In this document: positions 10,004 to 19,499 of the stretch, piece after piece
How the letters are laid out: every line of letters begins with the position of its first letter
Numbering within the stretch: position 1 is the first letter of the stretch
Translations under genes and position numbers: made by a program
NCBI GenBank assembly: GCA_947478455.1
Contig: CANJWR010000001.1
Coordinates: 2,928-66,927, forward strand
Origin: Beijerinckiaceae bacterium
GTDB lineage: Bacteria; Pseudomonadota; Alphaproteobacteria; Rhizobiales; Beijerinckiaceae
Reading direction: 5' to 3'
DNA: 64,000 bases
The notes under the pieces: model-generated
What the model was told of the DNA's origin: nothing
The model's input: only the letters and a program-made list of their open reading frames with translations
Databases searched by the model: none

Positions 10004-11172
10004 ACCCGTTTCTCCAGTCCGTCGACGAAGCGATCAATTCTTTCGAGGCGGGAAAGCGCTGCGTCGAGTGTTGCGTCATGTTTTGCAAAGCAGAAGCGCA
10101 CAACGTGGCGCACCGGATTTACAGTGTAAAATGCCGAAACAGGGATTGCCGCCACGCCCCGCTTCAACACGAGTTGCTGGCAAAAATTCGCATCGTCGCT
10201 CAATCCGAAATTTGAAAGATCTACTGTCACAAAATAGGTGCCCTGACTTGGCATGACGGAAAATCCGCGTTGTGAAAGACCATCGGACAGTCTGTCGCGA
10301 CTTCTCTGGAAGGACGCCCGCATCGACTGAAAGTACGAATCGTCCTTCGCCAATCCATGCGCAACGGCAACCTGCAGATTTGGCGGGGTCGTGAACGTCA
10401 GGAACTGGTGGGACTTGGCTAGGACTTTCATCAAATCCGGTGCAGCGGCCACAAGGCCGACCTTCCAGCCGGTCAGAGAAAATATCTTGCCCGCAGAACC
10501 TATTTTGATCGTCCGGTCTCGCATACCGGGGATCGTCATCATCGATATATGAGGCAGGCCATCAAAAACGACATGCTCCCAAACCTCGTCGCATATGGCT
10601 ATCGTATCATTCTGGATACAGAATCTGGCCAGCATCTCCAGTTGTTCCCGCGGATAGACGATTCCGCAAGGATTCAGGGGATTGTTGAAAACGACCGCGC
10701 GCGTTTTGCTTGAAAATACACTCGCCAGATCCTCTTCCGTAAAGCTCCAGTGAGGCGGTCGAAGATTGACAAACTTCGGAATCCCGCCCGCCCGCTCGAC
10801 CAGTGGTACATAGGCGTCGTAGGTCGGCTGAAACAGCACGACCTCGTCACCGGGTTCAAGGACCGCAAAAAGAGCCCCCGCAATTGCCTCGGTCGCCCCT
10901 GAGGTCACCAGAACCTCGCGTTGGGGATCAAGATCAATACCCTGGAATCGACCGTAGTGGGCTGCGATGGCTTCTCGCAGTTCGAGAACTCCCATCATCG
11001 ACGGATATTGATTGTAGCCATTCAGGACCGCATCGGCCGCTTTGCGACGCACATCCTCTGGGCCTGGATCATCGGGAAATCCCTGCCCGAGGTTTATGGC
11101 GCTGTGCTCCCGCGCCAAGCTCGACATGGCTTCGAAAATGGTCGTGGGCAGATTTGAAAAAACCGAGTTCAT
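10000..11172 (-). CDS. Class I/II pyridoxal-phosphate aminotransferase (YbdL / kynurenine-aminotransferase-like)
   Basis: 390 aa with INLGQGFPD, NQYPSMMGV and SAGKIFSLTGWKVG (PLP lysine region). Confidence 0.85.
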   Translation of the reverse strand: MNSVFSNLPTTIFEAMSSLAREHSAINLGQGFPDDPGPEDVRRKAADAVLNGYNQYPSMMGVLELREAIAAHYGRFQGIDLDPQREVLVTSGATEAIAGALFAVLEPGDEVVLFQPTYDAYVPLVERAGGIPKFVNLRPPHWSFTEEDLASVFSSKTRAVVFNNPLNPCGIVYPREQLEMLARFCIQNDTIAICDEVWEHVVFDGLPHISMMTIPGMRDRTIKIGSAGKIFSLTGWKVGLVAAAPDLMKVLAKSHQFLTFTTPPNLQVAVAHGLAKDDSYFQSMRASFQRSRDRLSDGLSQRGFSVMPSQGTYFVTVDLSNFGLSDDANFCQQLVLKRGVAAIPVSAFYTVNPVRHVVRFCFAKHDATLDAALSRLERIDRFVDGLEKRV

Positions 11173-11274
11173 AGCCTGTCCGATCTCCAGGATTTGAAAT
11201 TCCTAGCATCGATCAGACGCGCTATGAAGATGGGTATGGAGCGCGAGAAAATCGGCTTTCATCGCTGGATCATC

Positions 11275-11802
11275 ATGCTGACTGCCGACCTGCCACGTTT
11301 GACTTTGCTTCTAGGAGGAGCCCGATCCGGGAAAAGCCGGCGGGCCCAGACCCTCGCCGAGGAGAGCGGCCTTGTTCCTGTCATGATCGCAACCGCCCAA
11401 GCGGGCGATAGCGAAATGGCGGAACGTATCGGGCGTCATCGCGCCGAACGGAGCCAAGAATGGATGACGATCGAGGAGCCGCTGGAAATCCTCAGTGCGA
11501 TAGGCCAGCCTGAGTTCTTGGGGCATATTCTAGTTGTGGACTGCCTGACGCTCTGGTTGAGCAATCTTTTTTTCAGTGAAAGGCTGGTTGAACACTCGAT
11601 CGACGAACTTGCGTCAGGGTTGGCGAGGCTCGATCGGCCGTGCATCTTGGTGTCCAACGAACTCGGTTTGGGGATCGTTCCTGAAAATGAACTGGCCCGC
11701 ACATTCCGCGACGCTCAGGGACGCCTCAATCAGCGCATGGCGCAGGTTTGCGACCACGTAGAACTGATCGTCGCCGGGCTTCCTCTTAGGATCAAACCTT
11801 GA
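11275..11802 (+). CDS. cobU: Adenosylcobinamide kinase / adenosylcobinamide-phosphate guanylyltransferase
   Basis: P-loop LLLGGARSGKS and a CobU/CobP-like length (175 aa from the ATG at 11275). The ORF-track start at 11194 adds a 27-aa extension. Confidence 0.85.
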   Translation: MLTADLPRLTLLLGGARSGKSRRAQTLAEESGLVPVMIATAQAGDSEMAERIGRHRAERSQEWMTIEEPLEILSAIGQPEFLGHILVVDCLTLWLSNLFFSERLVEHSIDELASGLARLDRPCILVSNELGLGIVPENELARTFRDAQGRLNQRMAQVCDHVELIVAGLPLRIKP

Positions 11803-11805
11803 GGG

Positions 11806-12678
11806 TTAACGATGCACCTTGGCCTTTATTTCGTCTGCAAATTGACGGATCAACGTGGGCGTCGACGGCCCTCCGCAAATCGTCAATCGATCCGGAAGCA
11901 CCATCCGCCGGTCAAGCGGGAATAGTTTGAGCAAGGCCGGATGGATTAGCAAAGCCTCCCCCTGATCCTCGGCATCTGCAGGGTTGCCGGCAACGATCAG
12001 ATAATCTGGTCTGTTGGCCACCAGTTTTTCCAACTGAACGAAGCCGGCGCCTTTGACGCCCAGTAGCGGCGCAGCGTCGCGAAATCCGGCAAGATCCGCC
12101 ATTTCGCCCGTTATACCTGAATGAAACACATATCCGCGCCGATGCAGAACCAGATTGCTGAGCGGTCTGTCGCCGACGCGCGCTAAATTTTTGACTTCAT
12201 CAAAGGCGCGCCCGATTTCGTCGATCAAGTGATCACCGCGGCCTGGATGGCCCAGTCGGTTTGCCAGTTCGCGAATTTGAGCGCGCCCGTCCTCGAATCT
12301 GCTCCAGGGCTCCAGCACCATGAATTCCATCTTCTGTGTTGCCAACAATTGGCGTGTGTAACGGCTGTCATAGGGACCAACCAGCACAAGATCAGCCTGC
12401 AACCGTACGAGATCTTCACCGCTTCCAAGATTTGTCGGGAATGGCCGCGCTTCGTCGGCAAGGAAAGACATCTGCGGATTTTTTGCATATGGGCTCAACG
12501 AGACAACCTGATCGGGGTCACCCAACGCCAGCAGAAGTTGATCTGCACAAAGGTTTGCCGAAACAACCCGCCTCGGAACCTCGGCGCCGGCGCACAGCCC
12601 CCAAAGGGCGTTTGACAAGAGAAGAACGGCGGCGAACACGGTCGCCCGTCTAAATCGGCCAGAAAGTTTCGATTGCAT
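11806..12678 (-). CDS. Periplasmic binding protein of a cobalamin/iron-siderophore type ABC transporter (BtuF-like)
   Basis: The signal peptide starts at the M encoded at 12678 (MQSKLSGRFRRATVFAAVLLLSNALWGLCAGA). The fold family is class III SBP. The longer ORF-track start at 12786 would run antisense through the riboswitch. Confidence 0.78.
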   Translation of the reverse strand: MQSKLSGRFRRATVFAAVLLLSNALWGLCAGAEVPRRVVSANLCADQLLLALGDPDQVVSLSPYAKNPQMSFLADEARPFPTNLGSGEDLVRLQADLVLVGPYDSRYTRQLLATQKMEFMVLEPWSRFEDGRAQIRELANRLGHPGRGDHLIDEIGRAFDEVKNLARVGDRPLSNLVLHRRGYVFHSGITGEMADLAGFRDAAPLLGVKGAGFVQLEKLVANRPDYLIVAGNPADAEDQGEALLIHPALLKLFPLDRRMVLPDRLTICGGPSTPTLIRQFADEIKAKVHR

Positions 12679-12704
12679 GGGCGGCGGTCCGTCTTTACCT
12701 TGAG

Positions 12705-12890
12705 ATTGTCGTTGGTGCCCCGGGTTAAGCCGGGGTGAAACGGGAATGCGGTGAGGGTTATCCCAATTCCGCAGCTGCCCCCGCAACTGTAAGCGGTGAG
12801 CCGATTCCGAGCAAAGTCACTGGAGACCATGTCTCCGGGAAGACCGGAAAAGGCCTCGACCCGCAAGCCAGGAGACCGGCCAGCGTCTGG
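12705..12890 (+). promoter_or_regulatory. Cobalamin (AdoCbl) riboswitch controlling btuB
   Basis: Conserved core blocks are present: GGTGCC...AAGCCGGGGTGAAACGGGAATGCGGTGAG...GCAGCTGCCCCCGCAACTGTAAGCGG...AGTCACTGG (B12 box)...AAGCCAGGAGACCGGCC. It sits directly upstream of a TonB-dependent receptor. The edges are approximate. Confidence 0.9.
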
Positions 12891-12927
12891 TCAACTCAAG
12901 CGCCGTCGGCGGGACGGTGGGGGAATC

Positions 12928-14919
12928 ATGTCTGGCAAGAACGGGTCGTTCGCGACCAAATCTTTTTTGCGCGCGACATTCGCGCTTTCCGCTCTTTTTT
13001 CGGCTGATCTTGTTTTGGCGGATACGCTCGACCAGATCGTGGTGAGCGCCAGTCGCTCCGAAGAATCAATTTCCCGATCAGGCTCATCCGTGAGTGTCGT
13101 CTCGAATGAGGCCATCGAGAAGCACTCTTCCAAGGGAATGGCGGACGTGCTGCGGGGCGTAGCAGGCGTCGAAGTCCGGGAAGCGGGCGGCATCGGCTCA
13201 ACGGCATCGGTCAGCATCCGGGGCGCAAACCCGGGTCAAACGCTGGTGCTCATAGATGGAATCCGCATCGGCGATCCATCATCAACCGACGGCGCCGTTG
13301 ATTTCGGCAACCTCGCAGTTACCGATGTTGAGCGTATCGAGGCGCTGCGCGGCCCGCAATCGGCTCTCTACGGCTCCGATGCTATGGGCGGCGTCATCAA
13401 TATCATCACGCGGCGCGGCGATGGCCCCCCGAAATATGCCGCCTCCGTCGAAGGCGGCAGCTATGGAACCATCCATTCGCGCGCATCGGTATCCGGCAGC
13501 GCAGATCAACTTAAATACGCCTTCGCGATCGATGGCCTGCATTCGGACGGGTTTGCCCGTTATGGCTATCGCATCAACCGGCCGCTAACACTCGCAGACG
13601 GCGTCACGCCTTTGCCAAAGTTGCCATGGGGCGATCCGACAAACAGAGGGGGCGCATCAGGTCGCATTTCCTACCGCCTTTCCGATTCGGCAACATTCGA
13701 GTTCGGACTTTCCGGCTACGGAAACGCCATTCGATTCGACAATTCATTCGCTTTCGTCCCGACAAATGTCTTCAACGCCAGAAATCATTCGAACGCGACC
13801 CTTTTGCAGGGTTACGGGCGTCTCACAAGTTTAGCGTTTGACGGCGCACTTCAAAATCAGTTCAGCGTGTTCGGAAATCTTACCGACAGAACGATTGCCC
13901 AGACGGAAGGATGTTTCGATCTTTTCTTCACAGCATTCGATTGCCGCAGCGGTTATCGCGGCAGCCGGCGCGGCGCCGAATACCAGGGCGACCTGAAGCT
14001 TGGTTTGTTTGGCCTCGTGATCTTCGGCGCACGAACCGAAACTGAATTTGCCCGAACATCTCAAGATCCTGCTCCTGCCGGGACGTTTACAGCCATCAAT
14101 GCTCAGCAGACGATCAATTCGGCCTTCGCCCAGCATCGCGTCACACTCGGTGAACGTCTCGATTTGAGCTTAGGCGGACGCATTGACGTCGTCTCGGGTG
14201 GGCCAACATTCGCCACATGGAGGGCGACGGCCTCCTACCGGCTGCTCGAAACACAGACCCGGCTTCATGCCAGCATTGGAACCGGCGCCAAGGCTCCATC
14301 GCTTTTTCAACGCTTCAGCCAATATGGAAACCCGGCCCTGATTGCCGAAGAAAGTCTCGGAGGTGATGCGGGCATTGAACAGAAGCTGCTCGATGGTCGA
14401 CTTGTTCTCGATATCACGGCGTTTTCCAACAGGTACAAGAATCTGATCGGCTTCGATGTTGTCGCATCCTGCAGTCCGGCGCAGATATTCGGTTGCTACT
14501 ATAATGTCGGACGCGCCCTGACTCGAGGCATTGAGGTATCCGGCGATTTCGTCATCGTCCCGGACACGTGGAAAGCGCGTGCGACATACACCTATCTGCA
14601 ATCAACCAACTTGCTGACGAACGCGCCACTGTATCAAAGGCCGCGAAATCAGGCCGCTGCGTCTTTGGTATTTACTGGCCTGTCCAATTTCGAGGCCGAG
14701 GGTCGAGTCACGTTTGTCGGACCGCGACTGGATTTTGCAACGCCAGCTGTTCGGCTGGGGTCTTACGCCAAATGGGATTTGCTCGCTTCCTACAAGGTTG
14801 ATCAACGTCTCACTGTTTTTGCCAGACTCGAAAACTTGACGAACGCCCGGTACGAGGAGGTCTACAGCTTCGGTGTCGCAGGGCGTTCGATCTTCGGGGG
14901 TCTCAGAGTCAACTGGTAA
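12928..14919 (+). CDS. btuB: TonB-dependent outer-membrane receptor, vitamin B12 transporter BtuB type
   Basis: Signal peptide, TonB box (DTLDQIVVSASR), plug and beta-barrel motifs, and an aromatic C-terminus (FGGLRVNW). A riboswitch lies upstream. The ATG at 12928 is preceded by GGTGGGGGA. Confidence 0.88.
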   Translation: MSGKNGSFATKSFLRATFALSALFSADLVLADTLDQIVVSASRSEESISRSGSSVSVVSNEAIEKHSSKGMADVLRGVAGVEVREAGGIGSTASVSIRGANPGQTLVLIDGIRIGDPSSTDGAVDFGNLAVTDVERIEALRGPQSALYGSDAMGGVINIITRRGDGPPKYAASVEGGSYGTIHSRASVSGSADQLKYAFAIDGLHSDGFARYGYRINRPLTLADGVTPLPKLPWGDPTNRGGASGRISYRLSDSATFEFGLSGYGNAIRFDNSFAFVPTNVFNARNHSNATLLQGYGRLTSLAFDGALQNQFSVFGNLTDRTIAQTEGCFDLFFTAFDCRSGYRGSRRGAEYQGDLKLGLFGLVIFGARTETEFARTSQDPAPAGTFTAINAQQTINSAFAQHRVTLGERLDLSLGGRIDVVSGGPTFATWRATASYRLLETQTRLHASIGTGAKAPSLFQRFSQYGNPALIAEESLGGDAGIEQKLLDGRLVLDITAFSNRYKNLIGFDVVASCSPAQIFGCYYNVGRALTRGIEVSGDFVIVPDTWKARATYTYLQSTNLLTNAPLYQRPRNQAAASLVFTGLSNFEAEGRVTFVGPRLDFATPAVRLGSYAKWDLLASYKVDQRLTVFARLENLTNARYEEVYSFGVAGRSIFGGLRVNW

Positions 14920-14942
14920 GATCTGGAAGCCGACGGAGAAAG

Positions 14943-15962
14943 ATGATTACAGCCCGGATCAGAAATACTCGAAGTCTTGTAATGCCCGTGCTGATTTTTT
15001 CGGTATTGGCAGTTGCGATGGTTTCTCTTCTGGTCGGTGCGGCGCCACTCTCGATTGCTGATGTCTGGTCAGGGCTTCGGGACGGCGATGGCGTCACGGG
15101 CCTCATCGTCCGGGAAATCCGAATGCCCCGCATGCTGCTTTCTGTGACCATCGGGGCATTTCTTGGTCTTTCCGGAGCCGCCCTGCAGGGCTTGTTACAA
15201 AACCCTCTGGCGGAAGCCGCTATTTTCGGAGCGCCGCAAGCGGCGGCGCTAGGCGCTGTGCTTGTTCTTTATCTGGGCTTTAGCGACGCACTGTCTTTCT
15301 GGTTGCCTCTTGCGTCAATTTGCGGAGCTGGACTGTCAGGAGCGCTTCTGTATTTGCTTGTTGGCCGACAAGGATCGATCATCGGATTCATTCTCGCAGG
15401 ACTGGCGCTCGGAAGCTTTACGGGCGCCGCCATTTCGCTGGTCATCAATCTGTCCGCCAACCCGTTTGCAATCACCGAAATTGTTTTCTGGTTGATGGGG
15501 TCTTTCGAAGATCGATCAGTCAAACACGTTTTCCTGTCACTACCGTTCCTGATTGTCGCGTCAGTGTTGATTTTTCTGAACGGACGCGGATATCGGGCTC
15601 TGACCCTTGGCGCCGATACTGCGTCAAGTCTCGGCATCAACGTTGCTGTCGTGCAATGGACCACCGTGACGGCAATCGCCATCGGAACTGGAGCCGGGGT
15701 TGCGGTCTCCGGAGCCATTGGATTTGTTGGCTTGATTGCTCCGCATCTTGCGCGGTCTCTTGCGGGGGCTGACCCTCAACGCATATTGGCGCCTTCTGCT
15801 TTTTTGGGTTCGATCTTGCTGACCTGCGCGGATATTGCGGTGCGCCTCATTCCTTCAACATCAGAGATCAAGATTGGAGCTGTCACGTCGCTGCTTGGCG
15901 CTCCTCTATTCCTCTATCTCGTAATCGCGCGCCGTTATTCATCCGCAGGAACCCTGGAATGA
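14943..15962 (+). CDS. FecCD-family ABC transporter permease (BtuC-like)
   Basis: 339 aa and polytopic, with a FecCD/BtuC-type sequence (REIRMPRMLLSVTIGAFLGLSGAALQGLLQNPLAE). Confidence 0.88.
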   Translation: MITARIRNTRSLVMPVLIFSVLAVAMVSLLVGAAPLSIADVWSGLRDGDGVTGLIVREIRMPRMLLSVTIGAFLGLSGAALQGLLQNPLAEAAIFGAPQAAALGAVLVLYLGFSDALSFWLPLASICGAGLSGALLYLLVGRQGSIIGFILAGLALGSFTGAAISLVINLSANPFAITEIVFWLMGSFEDRSVKHVFLSLPFLIVASVLIFLNGRGYRALTLGADTASSLGINVAVVQWTTVTAIAIGTGAGVAVSGAIGFVGLIAPHLARSLAGADPQRILAPSAFLGSILLTCADIAVRLIPSTSEIKIGAVTSLLGAPLFLYLVIARRYSSAGTLE

Positions 15963-16753
15963 GCGTCGCAAGAGCTGACCGAGGGAACCCCGCCATATCG
16001 CTCTCAGGCGTGAGCGTTGCTCTCGGCGCGCGACGCGTGGTTCAAGACGTAAATCTCAAAATTCTTGGGGGTGAACTCGTCGTATTGCTCGGACCGAATG
16101 GAGCTGGGAAAACGACTTTACTACGGGCTATCGCGGGACTAGCCCTTGCTGAGGGGCAGCTCGATGTTTTTGGGTGTTCGGTAAAGAAAATGCCCGTGCG
16201 ACGTCGGGCGACGGAAATTGCCTATTTGCCGCAAAACGGCGAGGTGAACTGGCCCATGAGCGTTGCCGAAGTCGTTTCACTCGGGAGACTCCCGTTCGGT
16301 TCATGGCGCCGGAGGTCATTCGACGACGCTGACGATACGGTTGCGCAAGCTATTCACGACTGCGACTTGTCGGCGCTTGCAACCAGATCGATTGAAGAAT
16401 TGTCCGGTGGCGAAAGGGCGCGTGTACTGCTTGCTCGTATGCTCTCGGTGAACGCCCCTATCATTTTGGCGGACGAACCGGTCGCGTCGTTGGACCCAGC
16501 ACATCAGATTAATACGATGCGCATCCTGGCGCGTGAAGCTGCCAAAGGTAGGGCTGTGATCGCCGTGATGCACGATGTTGCTCTCGCAATGAGATACGCA
16601 ACGCGCGCAATTGGTCTGCAGGAAGGACGAATCGTTGCCGACGCCACCCCCGACTCTTTCCTGCGGAGCGGCGTCATGGATAGACTTTACGGCATCGGCT
16701 ATGAAATGGCGAAGCTCACATCAGGAGCCTTGACGCCGGTCGCGAGAATTTAG
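15959..16753 (+). CDS. ABC transporter ATP-binding protein (BtuD/FecE-like)
   Basis: Walker A (GPNGAGKTT), signature (LSGGERARV) and Walker B (ILADEP) motifs. It overlaps the permease stop by 4 nt. Confidence 0.9.
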   Translation: MSVARADRGNPAISLSGVSVALGARRVVQDVNLKILGGELVVLLGPNGAGKTTLLRAIAGLALAEGQLDVFGCSVKKMPVRRRATEIAYLPQNGEVNWPMSVAEVVSLGRLPFGSWRRRSFDDADDTVAQAIHDCDLSALATRSIEELSGGERARVLLARMLSVNAPIILADEPVASLDPAHQINTMRILAREAAKGRAVIAVMHDVALAMRYATRAIGLQEGRIVADATPDSFLRSGVMDRLYGIGYEMAKLTSGALTPVARI

Positions 16754-16793
16754 CGACTACTATTTCAATTTTCGATTCGCGGAGCCCACCGGA

Positions 16794-17273
16794 ATGCCTC
16801 GTATCGTTGATATGCGCGCGCCGACCGACGGGCGACAATCGGAGACAGCCGTTTGGGTGGCTCGCGGAGTTAGGCGGCTTTTAAGCGCTCAGGGCTTTTC
16901 AACGATCACCGAACTACCGCTCTCAAATGGCAAACGAGCAGACATTGTGGCCGTCACCCGCGAAGGCATCGTGATAATTGTTGAAATTAAATCATCGATC
17001 ACGGACTTTCGTGCCGATACAAAATGGCTAACATATCGTGAACATTGCGACCGATTTTATTTTGCTGCGCCAGAAATTGTGCCGACGTCAATATTCCCAG
17101 AAAATGCCGGCCTGATCATTGCTGACGCGTATGGGGCTACGGTCATGCGCGAGGCTGAACTCCACAAGATATCCGGCGCAACACGACGAGCCGTTCTGCT
17201 GGCGTTTGCGCGTACAGCAGCTGACAGACTGCATCTTCTCGCTGACCCGGAACGTGATTCAAACTTGCTCTGA
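16794..17273 (+). CDS. mmcB: MmcB-family PD-(D/E)xK nuclease-like DNA repair protein
   Basis: 159 aa with the core RADIVAVTREGIVIIVEIKSSITDFRAD, typical of the MmcB family. Confidence 0.7.
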   Translation: MPRIVDMRAPTDGRQSETAVWVARGVRRLLSAQGFSTITELPLSNGKRADIVAVTREGIVIIVEIKSSITDFRADTKWLTYREHCDRFYFAAPEIVPTSIFPENAGLIIADAYGATVMREAELHKISGATRRAVLLAFARTAADRLHLLADPERDSNLL

Positions 17274-17831
17274 TTAGCGTGGCGCACGCTTGGCCAAAAT
17301 ACGCTGCAATGTACGCCGATGCATGTTCAGCCGCCGCGCCGTTTCCGAGACATTGCGTCCGCACAATTCGTAAATGCGCTGGATATGTTCCCAGCGCACA
17401 CGATCTGCCGACATAGGGTTCTCGGGAACTTCCGCCTTATCGTGGCGCGTCGCCATCAGGGCGTTGAAAATTTCGTCCGCATCTGCCGGCTTTGCCAGAT
17501 AGTCGAAAGCGCCAAGCTTAACTGCGGTCACTGCAGTGACAATATTGCCGTAGCCGGTCAGGATGATGCCACGCGATTCTGGACGACGCGATTTGAGTTC
17601 GGAAATGACATCAAGGCCGTTTCCGTCCGCAAGACGGAGATCGATAATCGCGAAGGCCGGCGGCGCGCTCACTATGGCGGCATGGCCATCAGTTACCGAT
17701 TCGGCCGTCGAAACAATGAATCCGCGCAATTCCATTGCACGCGCAAGGCGCGACAAAAATGGTTTGTCGTCATCCACGATCAGGAGTGTGCGGTCTTCGA
17801 GGTGTTCGACGCTTGGAATCGCTTTTTCCAT
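17274..17831 (-). CDS. regA: Redox-responsive response regulator of the RegA/PrrA/ActR type
   Basis: A receiver domain plus the highly conserved C-terminal HTH (NVSETARRLNMHRRTLQRILAKRAP). Confidence 0.9.
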   Translation of the reverse strand: MEKAIPSVEHLEDRTLLIVDDDKPFLSRLARAMELRGFIVSTAESVTDGHAAIVSAPPAFAIIDLRLADGNGLDVISELKSRRPESRGIILTGYGNIVTAVTAVKLGAFDYLAKPADADEIFNALMATRHDKAEVPENPMSADRVRWEHIQRIYELCGRNVSETARRLNMHRRTLQRILAKRAPR

Positions 17832-17932
17832 GGAATCCGCTGGGTGTTTCGGCCAGTCAGGAAGATTTGATGGCCTAGATACGCTGAAATGGACCGGGAC
17901 GGCAAATTTTCCCGTACTTCGGTGATCCTGCT

Positions 17933-19267
17933 CTATGGCGGTTGCAACGTCTGCCCGTTATGGCGCGGCCGCTCGAATAGAGCTCGGGGCCACCTGACCA
18001 GGATTCTGGCGCCGCGCGCTGGGGGAGGTGCATTGGTGGTCGATATCGTCGCTCCGGATCGTTCCAGTAGAGTCTTTGCAATAAAGACCCCCAAACCGAG
18101 GCCGCCTTCTTCTGATTTAGCTTTCCTATCCGTTCCCCGGCTGGTGACATAGGGCTCTCCGAGATGGGCCAGAATATCTGCAGCGAAGCCGGGACCGTCG
18201 TCTTCAATCTGGATTGAGACGCTTGTCGAATTCCACGTTGCATTGATCCGTACATTCGATCCGGCAAAATCAATCGCGTTTTCAACGAGATTGCCCAGAC
18301 CATACAGAATTCCCGGATTACGCGAAGCAATCGGTTCCAGCCCGTCACCTGAACTGCTGACGTGGATGGCAACACCGAAATTCCTTTGGGGTTCAACAAC
18401 CTCCTCGATCAATTGGGAGAGACTGAGGCTCTCCATCATGCCGCCTGGGTCATTTCCAAGAGACGTCAGTTTAGAAAGAATGTTGCGACAGCGTCGCACT
18501 TCTTGACCGAGGAGGCTGATATCTTCGTGGAGCGGGCCGTCAGACGGAACGTGTGATTCTAGGTCCTTGGCAATCAGCGTGATCGTTGCCAGGGGCGTTC
18601 CGAGTTCATGAGCAGCCGCTGCTGCCAAACCGTCCAATTGGGTGAGATGCTGTTCGCGAGCCAAAACCAGTTCCGTGGCGGCGAGCGCATCGGATAGCAG
18701 CCGAGCCTCCTCGGCAACCCGGGAGGCGTAAACCCAGATGAAGCCGGCGCCGAGAACGATCGCCGCCCAAATCCCACCGATATAGAGCATGGGCAACTGC
18801 AGTTCCTGGCCCGGGTACCAGGGCAGCGGCAAGTGCCAGACCGCGAGAAGAGTTGCGCAAACGACAATTAATCCCGCCAACATCAAGGTTCTGGCACCCG
18901 ACAGTGACACGGCGGAAATCATCACCGGCGCCAGAAAGAGCAGCGAAAAGGGGTTTTCCAATCCGCCGGTCAAATACAACAAGGCGGATAGCTGCAGGAC
19001 ATCGTAGGCAAGGAGGATGGATGCCGGACCTTCATCAAGGCGATGATTCCGGGTGAACCTCAGCCTTAGCGCCAAATTGAGCCATGCCGACAGAGCGACC
19101 GCAACAAAGCAGAGCCCCAGCTGAAGTTCAAAATTCAGACCATAGTGGGTGACCAAAACCGCAAAGGACTGGCCGATAACCGCCAGCCAGCGCAATCGCA
19201 CCAGCGTATCGACCCTGAGACGGCGCGCACGACTGCCAAACTCGATTTCGGCGGTTTCAATCATCAT
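17933..19267 (-). CDS. regB: Sensor histidine kinase of the RegB/PrrB/ActS type
   Basis: Multi-pass membrane N-terminus, an H-box (AAAAHELGTPLATI) and an HATPase domain. The start is placed at the MM pair (19267). The ORF-track start at 19399 is probably an over-extension. Confidence 0.88.
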   Translation of the reverse strand: MMIETAEIEFGSRARRLRVDTLVRLRWLAVIGQSFAVLVTHYGLNFELQLGLCFVAVALSAWLNLALRLRFTRNHRLDEGPASILLAYDVLQLSALLYLTGGLENPFSLLFLAPVMISAVSLSGARTLMLAGLIVVCATLLAVWHLPLPWYPGQELQLPMLYIGGIWAAIVLGAGFIWVYASRVAEEARLLSDALAATELVLAREQHLTQLDGLAAAAAHELGTPLATITLIAKDLESHVPSDGPLHEDISLLGQEVRRCRNILSKLTSLGNDPGGMMESLSLSQLIEEVVEPQRNFGVAIHVSSSGDGLEPIASRNPGILYGLGNLVENAIDFAGSNVRINATWNSTSVSIQIEDDGPGFAADILAHLGEPYVTSRGTDRKAKSEEGGLGLGVFIAKTLLERSGATISTTNAPPPARGARILVRWPRALFERPRHNGQTLQPP

Positions 19268-19499
19268 TGAAGACCTGATGACATTGATGCCTGGGTCAGT
19301 TGCGACTCCAACCCCAACGTGGAGTTCGAAAGAAGGGGTGTGACTCTTTGCCCCGACTGAACGACCTGCACAATGTTTTCGATCAATGCGGGGAGACAAG
19401 CAGCGGGCAGATTACTCATTGCATATTCGAGTCTTGCGGTGGCAGAAGTTTTTGTCCCGCCAGAATTGCGCCCTACAAGATCGAAACTGGAGGAACCTG

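Noticed and set aside
16740-16793. SOS (LexA) box upstream of mmcB, expected because mmcB is reported as SOS-regulated in Caulobacter
   Set aside because: No GTTC-N7-GTTC or GAAC-N7-GAAC direct repeat is present in the 40-nt spacer or the immediately upstream sequence.
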